The notes beneath the pieces are model-generated. The model searched no databases and was not told the origin of the DNA. It saw nothing but the letters and a program-made list of their open reading frames with translations. From IMG/VR virus record IMGVR_UViG_3300027813_002911, positions 1 through 63,496 of that record: a stretch of DNA of 63,496 nt, one strand, 5' to 3'. Of the stretch, positions 60,801 to 63,496 are shown piece after piece; positions within the stretch are counted from its first letter, which is position 1; the number at the start of each line of letters is the position of its first letter. The position numbers were made by a program, and so were the translations under genes. This DNA comes from a virus (lineage: Duplodnaviria > Caudoviricetes).

Positions 60801-63496
60801 GTGAAACCGCTGGGGATTCTCCTAAAGAACCACTATCTCCTGTAACGCCTTGACCAAATGAACGAGTAACAAATAGGTTACCCGCAAAATTAACATCGCT
60901 TGATATATCATCTCGCGAAGCACTATATACCTTTACATACTCTGTTGCAAAACCTGTACTCGATACTTTCTTTAATGATAAAATTTCACCCGATGAGAAA
61001 CCAGTTACATTTGCAACTGACATTGTTTCTTGTGCTGCTGTATGTATCGCATTTACAGCAAATGCACTTGATGTTAAGACTGTAGAGTTTGCTACATATA
61101 ATTGTCCACCAACCGCGTTGACAGATTCTTTCTCAAATACTGCAGTTGCCAATGTTCCACGAATCTTAGCATTCTCTACTTCTAAGAATCCACCTTGTGC
61201 GGCAGTTAATCTAAATCCACTACCTGCAACATCACTTGCAAATCCTGCAGATTCAATCGTACCATCTTGTCGGATAATCATATTACCACCAGATAATCTA
61301 TCATTCGTGATAGTCCAACCAGCTATTTCATTACCCTCTCCACCAAGTTTTACTAATGTATCGGTAGAACCTGTTCCTGCTCCATCATAAACTTTTAATC
61401 CATATAAATCTGATGCACTATCTGATATCTCTCCTAATCGTAAAACCTCATCACCCTCACTATCAAAAACTTGAACCCTACTTGTGGATGAATCGATATC
61501 TAATCGTGTAGTATCTAATTTAAAAGTATCAGTTTTAATATCAATACCATCATCAAATATAAAATAATTTGTAGAGTTTTTAACAAACTCTGCTTGTGGA
61601 TTAGAAGCATCCATACCGATAATAATACCAGCAGTACCACTTCCCTCATTACCAAAACTTGATTTTCCACCCATCGTAATAAATGCATCAGTTCCATCAC
61701 CAACCATTCTGATAGGATTACTACTATCAGGGCTTAAACTCATAGAATTATGTGTATTAGATAATTGTAATGAACCAGCATCCAATTCAAGTTTAGTAGT
61801 TTTTATATCTAAACCATCATCAAATATAAAGTAATCAGTAGCACTCTTAACAAATTCAGCTTGTGGATTACTTCCATCCATTCCAATTAATATTCCAGCA
61901 GTTCCACTACCCTCTTCTGTAAAACTTGTCTTACTACCCATTACCATAAATGAATCAGTAGCATTAGTTTGTAAAGTAATCGAATTACTACCTGAATTAA
62001 GTATAATTGCTTTTTCTAATCCATCTAATATTACATTACCATCACCCAAACTCATTGATTTTTGTGCTGATGATATTTGTAAATCTCCTGTACCCGCATC
62101 TAACTCAAAGTTAAGTGTTTTCATATCTATACCATTATCGTATATAAAATATTCGGTTGCACTTTTTACAAATTCAGCTTGTGGATTACTTCCATCCATC
62201 CCAATAATGATACCTGCAGTTCCACTACCTTGAGTACTATCCATACCCGTTTTACTACCCATAGTAATAAAGTTATCTGATGCTCCACCCACGATACTAA
62301 TCTGATTACCCGTACCGACTGTTATTTTTTTGTTTGGCCCATCAAGTACAATAGATTGGTCTCCCAATGACATTGATTTATGAGCACTTGATATTTGTAA
62401 ATCACCACTATTCGCATCCATTTCAAATGTTTCTGTTTTTATATCAACATCTTGGTCAACTTTAAAATGACCCGTTGAACCAACAAACGAAACTCGTGGT
62501 CTTGATACTGAATTTATATACCCAAGAAATATTCCTGTTTGTCCGTAACCCTTTGTAGATTGTCCAATACTTAAAAATGGACTTGAACTATTGGCGTGTA
62601 CTAATAATTGGTCGTTTGTACCTAACGACATCGAAGCATTTGTGGATGATAATCTAAATCCAGTCGAAGTAATATTAATATCTGTTACATCAATATCTAC
62701 ATCAGAACCAGTAATTGAGAAATTACCATTATTAAATTTTATACCACCATCATCATCACCAAATCTAAAGTTACCATCACCATCCATATAAATACCACTA
62801 CCAGTTGCAAGTGTAATGGTGTGTGCTTGTTTTCCAATTCTTAATGTTGGTACTCCTGCACCCTCTAATATAACTCTACCATAAGAACCACTTTGTGCAT
62901 TATGTCCAAGACTCATACTTGCTTCGGTTGTGGATAATTGTAATGTGGATGCTGCAATCTCAAGTTTTTGAGAATTAATATCTAAGTTACCACCATTAAA
63001 TCTAATAAAATCTGTAGAATCTCCAACTGCAAATTCTGGGTCTGTGTTATTGTTTGCTAACCAAAATCCTGCGGTTGTAGATGTAGCGGAATCTTTACCT
63101 GTTGCAATGTATCCTTGTGTAGATGAACCTACAATCTCAATTAATTTATTAGTAGTTTTACCAACTTTAATTTTATTGTTAGCACCATCAAGTATAATAT
63201 TACCCTCACCCAATGACATAGAAGCGTTCGTTGAACTAATCTCTATATTACTTGCATCCAATTCTAATGAACCAACTTGGACTGTAAAATCACCATTGGT
63301 AAATTGTATCTTATCTCCACTTGCACTACCGATTAGGAAGTTAGCATCTCCATCAAAGAATATACCATTTCCACTATCGTATCTTGTAGGTGGTGTTTGT
63401 CCAAGTGAAATCTTACCAGTACCTGCAGATGATGCAGAAAAGGTTGTAGTTTGTAAATCAAATGTATCGGATTTAATCGTAAATGAACCACCATCT
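54817..63496 (-). CDS. Giant tail fibre/adhesin (>2890 aa, 5'-truncated) with C-terminal peptidase S74-type chaperone
   Basis: The frame stays open from 63261 to the window end; G/S/T/D-rich beta repeats; C-terminal SDERLKEDI...GFIAQELQ...YEKIVPVLVSAVKE coiled coil. Confidence 0.88.
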   Translation of the reverse strand, partial: DGGSFTIKSDTFDLQTTTFSASSAGTGKISLGQTPPTRYDSGNGIFFDGDANFLIGSASGDKIQFTNGDFTVQVGSLELDASNIEISSTNASMSLGEGNIILDGANNKIKVGKTTNKLIEIVGSSTQGYIATGKDSATSTTAGFWLANNNTDPEFAVGDSTDFIRFNGGNLDINSQKLEIAASTLQLSTTEASMSLGHNAQSGSYGRVILEGAGVPTLRIGKQAHTITLATGSGIYMDGDGNFRFGDDDGGIKFNNGNFSITGSDVDIDVTDINITSTGFRLSSTNASMSLGTNDQLLVHANSSSPFLSIGQSTKGYGQTGIFLGYINSVSRPRVSFVGSTGHFKVDQDVDIKTETFEMDANSGDLQISSAHKSMSLGDQSIVLDGPNKKITVGTGNQISIVGGASDNFITMGSKTGMDSTQGSGTAGIIIGMDGSNPQAEFVKSATEYFIYDNGIDMKTLNFELDAGTGDLQISSAQKSMSLGDGNVILDGLEKAIILNSGSNSITLQTNATDSFMVMGSKTSFTEEGSGTAGILIGMDGSNPQAEFVKSATDYFIFDDGLDIKTTKLELDAGSLQLSNTHNSMSLSPDSSNPIRMVGDGTDAFITMGGKSSFGNEGSGTAGIIIGMDASNPQAEFVKNSTNYFIFDDGIDIKTDTFKLDTTRLDIDSSTSRVQVFDSEGDEVLRLGEISDSASDLYGLKVYDGAGTGSTDTLVKLGGEGNEIAGWTITNDRLSGGNMIIRQDGTIESAGFASDVAGSGFRLTAAQGGFLEVENAKIRGTLATAVFEKESVNAVGGQLYVANSTVLTSSAFAVNAIHTAAQETMSVANVTGFSSGEILSLKKVSSTGFATEYVKVYSASRDDISSDVNFAGNLFVTRSFGQGVTGDSGSLGESPAVSQSYSGSQVIVSTGKLNTGYIRLNANPNDETTPYMDIVERTGSGIYDVDLKVRLGDLSGISSGLLFGNTSPGFGIFTENGFFSGGITATTGSITGQLFVNTSDSERLILGVDISGTNDGLHINDNNYWYTTGAWKVGGSTYNISNDSSGNISLNPKSLDINVGTDFELSSTHKSMSFADGDLLLKKEGSDASITVGGTTSKQITIKGSDTQGYIASGKTSATSTTAGFWIANNNTDTEFHIGDAGNFLKYDGGTLTQKIQSYELDANEGDLQISSTHKSMSLADGAVIFGQKSSGVGFGQFGSDSSKAIQITGSNSQGVIRSGKASAADLTEGFWLANNNTDAEFHIGDGTSAIKFDDNQLHITSSKFELDAGEGDLQISSLHKSMSLGDGSFEVIGDQTNNLTKLKVGQHTIQNIQMTGSSNAGILKSGKKGINDLNAGFYMSNEAGTAKFHVGDGTSALKFDGSNLHITASQANLSGDGVTIDVNTFELEAANVEISSGQASMSVGYDDNIAGGINIKGGATSTIGFGSKAAPRMKLSSTSTDSYLSIGNIAFGSETTAGILIGSDDGNHEFRIYKDSDEYFTYDASSGFDLKTDSLEIVTEGLTISGRSGTAATNKISLGTITSDSDTSGQGVFMDGGGHFRVFGDANNFMIVDGGSLQIKSDNVDIQSTVFSLDANSGDLQLSSTQKSASFANGKIVIEGSSTNGSLKIGGVGSVTDTGGSNKGFYAEGDGDFIAKAGANEYIKFDNGKLGIKASDLSILTTGTNKIKMESSASTPIIALGTTLPTAYNNGDGFYVDGTGKLLLGNSSDNHVKYDGSTLTVAGTINIISGDLAGIDGDTISGSYPPASASQDLSFATQVVLDSAGMSLKNADASKTLASYGATSKIFDGVNSNTYIEVGGKGLTQVSGSVTGSLLTNGVMSFFGAGAEKVVISSTGSLFRGDTQNTFTRVDSNGLTIVDNGVTQGTFTNGTINLYGNNGTDRKVTIDSDGFKAYYDSNNYINVNSSTMDIYAGSATAAASFGTTVTLRGNNSNDDKITITSDGIVITEGGNEKVNISGAGTKIIGDGSTTYGLFNSGGVTLVDNNVTGSVFNSTNAIIYGASTNDRVVVNADGLEIYTANVKKAEAKDTGFIAYGDDVNTYAQVNSSGLTVFEDSVDVATFGSSVRIGADVNNSSFVSLTSTAINFITDVSGTNTTRATFDTTGAKLFGDGSTTFALLNSGGLTLVDNNVTGSVFTSTTSTIFGASSNDRVVVNADGLEIYTANVKKAEAKDTGFIAYGDDVNTYAQVNSSGLTIVEDSVDMANFGSDVRIGADVNDSSFATFTSTAVNFITDVGGTNTTRATYDTTGAKIFGDGSTTYGLFNAGGLTLVDNDVTGSTFTSIKSTIFGASANDRVEVTATGLEIYTNNVKKAEAIDAGFIAYGDDVNTKAVMSDAGMTIFNDGTEADPTTGVAHYGANMRVGAHSATKSALRVDTSGNLTIGTTGASGISITAGGALTMSGSITATSGFIGNAAAGFTINPTAIYNGKTALTNTGTGVYLGTDGIGVGTSGTGHIQLAADGDYKAFGTNASYNVQILTNFQENNPGIIMQRPALDGLASAVPYTLRMSSTGSYYDSATDYTNNVDYVTVLNLTSQANEGQQHPDVGDVAYFDTTGYNTSVSTKLFNINNTNVGSTLLAFSNQNVKFSKLSGGGSTVRVSLKFEIYQNDILSMVSGEELVETILVNNVTYSWDTQYTLAAVRALITKQYFFAKMTLTSIEQIGGAVTDPLWEMGGNAGTSGTATNTVLAYGYITKSMIMNKGFQTYAGPYSEARFGSQNKIIGNMVIETPPNFDNGGKLAIEGGLVVGDSNIHANNNYTAYVDGDIGATGNVVAYVTSDERLKEDIVSIGNGLELIQKMNPVNFRWNDDGIMFGWGLQNYKDNSGYDLGFIAQELQTILPEVIGKVKSSDNGEEYLGVHYEKIVPVLVSAVKEQQKQIDELKELVKKLTEDK
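56510..57600. repeat. ~2.5 tandem copies of a 432-bp (144-aa) intragenic repeat
   Basis: tgttgttgaacc recurs at 56719, 57151 and 57583; the protein repeats GDGSTT...DTTGAK. Confidence 0.85.
61540..62420. repeat. Three copies of a ~90-106-aa intragenic repeat
   Basis: GSGTAGIxIGMDxSNPQAEFVK occurs three times; aattcagcttgtggattacttccatccat at 61853 and 62171. Confidence 0.75.

Noticed and set aside
61115-61135. KESVNA in the tail fibre as a protease site
   Set aside because: It lacks the final Glu and sits in an apparently folded region of a tail protein.
1989-62791. All plus-strand ORFs in the track (e.g. 14857-15390, 54549-54959) and the nested minus-strand ORF 61515-61703
   Set aside because: They overlap well-supported minus-strand genes, have no recognisable motifs, and look like antisense or alternate-frame shadows.
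63259-63261. Track start of the giant fibre gene
   Set aside because: It is an internal TTG; the frame is open to the window end, so the true start lies outside the window.
1-63496. tRNA, rRNA, intron or alternative genetic code
   Set aside because: Intergenic gaps are too short for RNA genes, and long ORFs tile the window under the standard code with no split terminase or portal.

Overview
AT-rich segment of a large tailed dsDNA phage with T4-like head genes. All real genes lie on the minus strand and are tightly packed, often with ATGA or TAATG overlaps. In transcription order (right to left) it holds: (1) a giant repetitive tail-fibre gene, 5'-truncated by the window, with a C-terminal S74-type chaperone; (2) two small virion-type proteins that each end in an intein-like Hint domain, flanking a glycosyltransferase; (3) a ~33 kb glycan biosynthesis/decoration island (NeuB/NeuA-like enzymes, many glycosyltransferases, seven SGNH-like paralogs, four sulfotransferase-like proteins, methyltransferases, radical SAM enzymes, ParB/Srx-like paralogs); (4) a P-loop kinase, a GH108 muramidase and a 1498-aa multi-enzyme (CCA-adding, HD, HIGH nucleotidyltransferase and ligase-like domains); (5) large terminase, portal and prohead protease with flanking modular proteins. 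The most striking pattern is around the head genes. Otherwise unrelated small proteins share a 10-aa leader (consensus MIKLKDLLxE) that resembles the T4 capsid-targeting sequence. Several modular proteins have E-[SA]-[VIL]-x-E or [VIL]-x-E motifs at domain boundaries, matching gp21-type cleavage specificity. This suggests a capsid-packaged, protease-matured polyprotein cargo system that may include an injected tRNA/RNA repair kit (inference). No tRNA, rRNA, CRISPR array or mobile element was recognised. All annotations come from motif reading by eye; no database searches were run.
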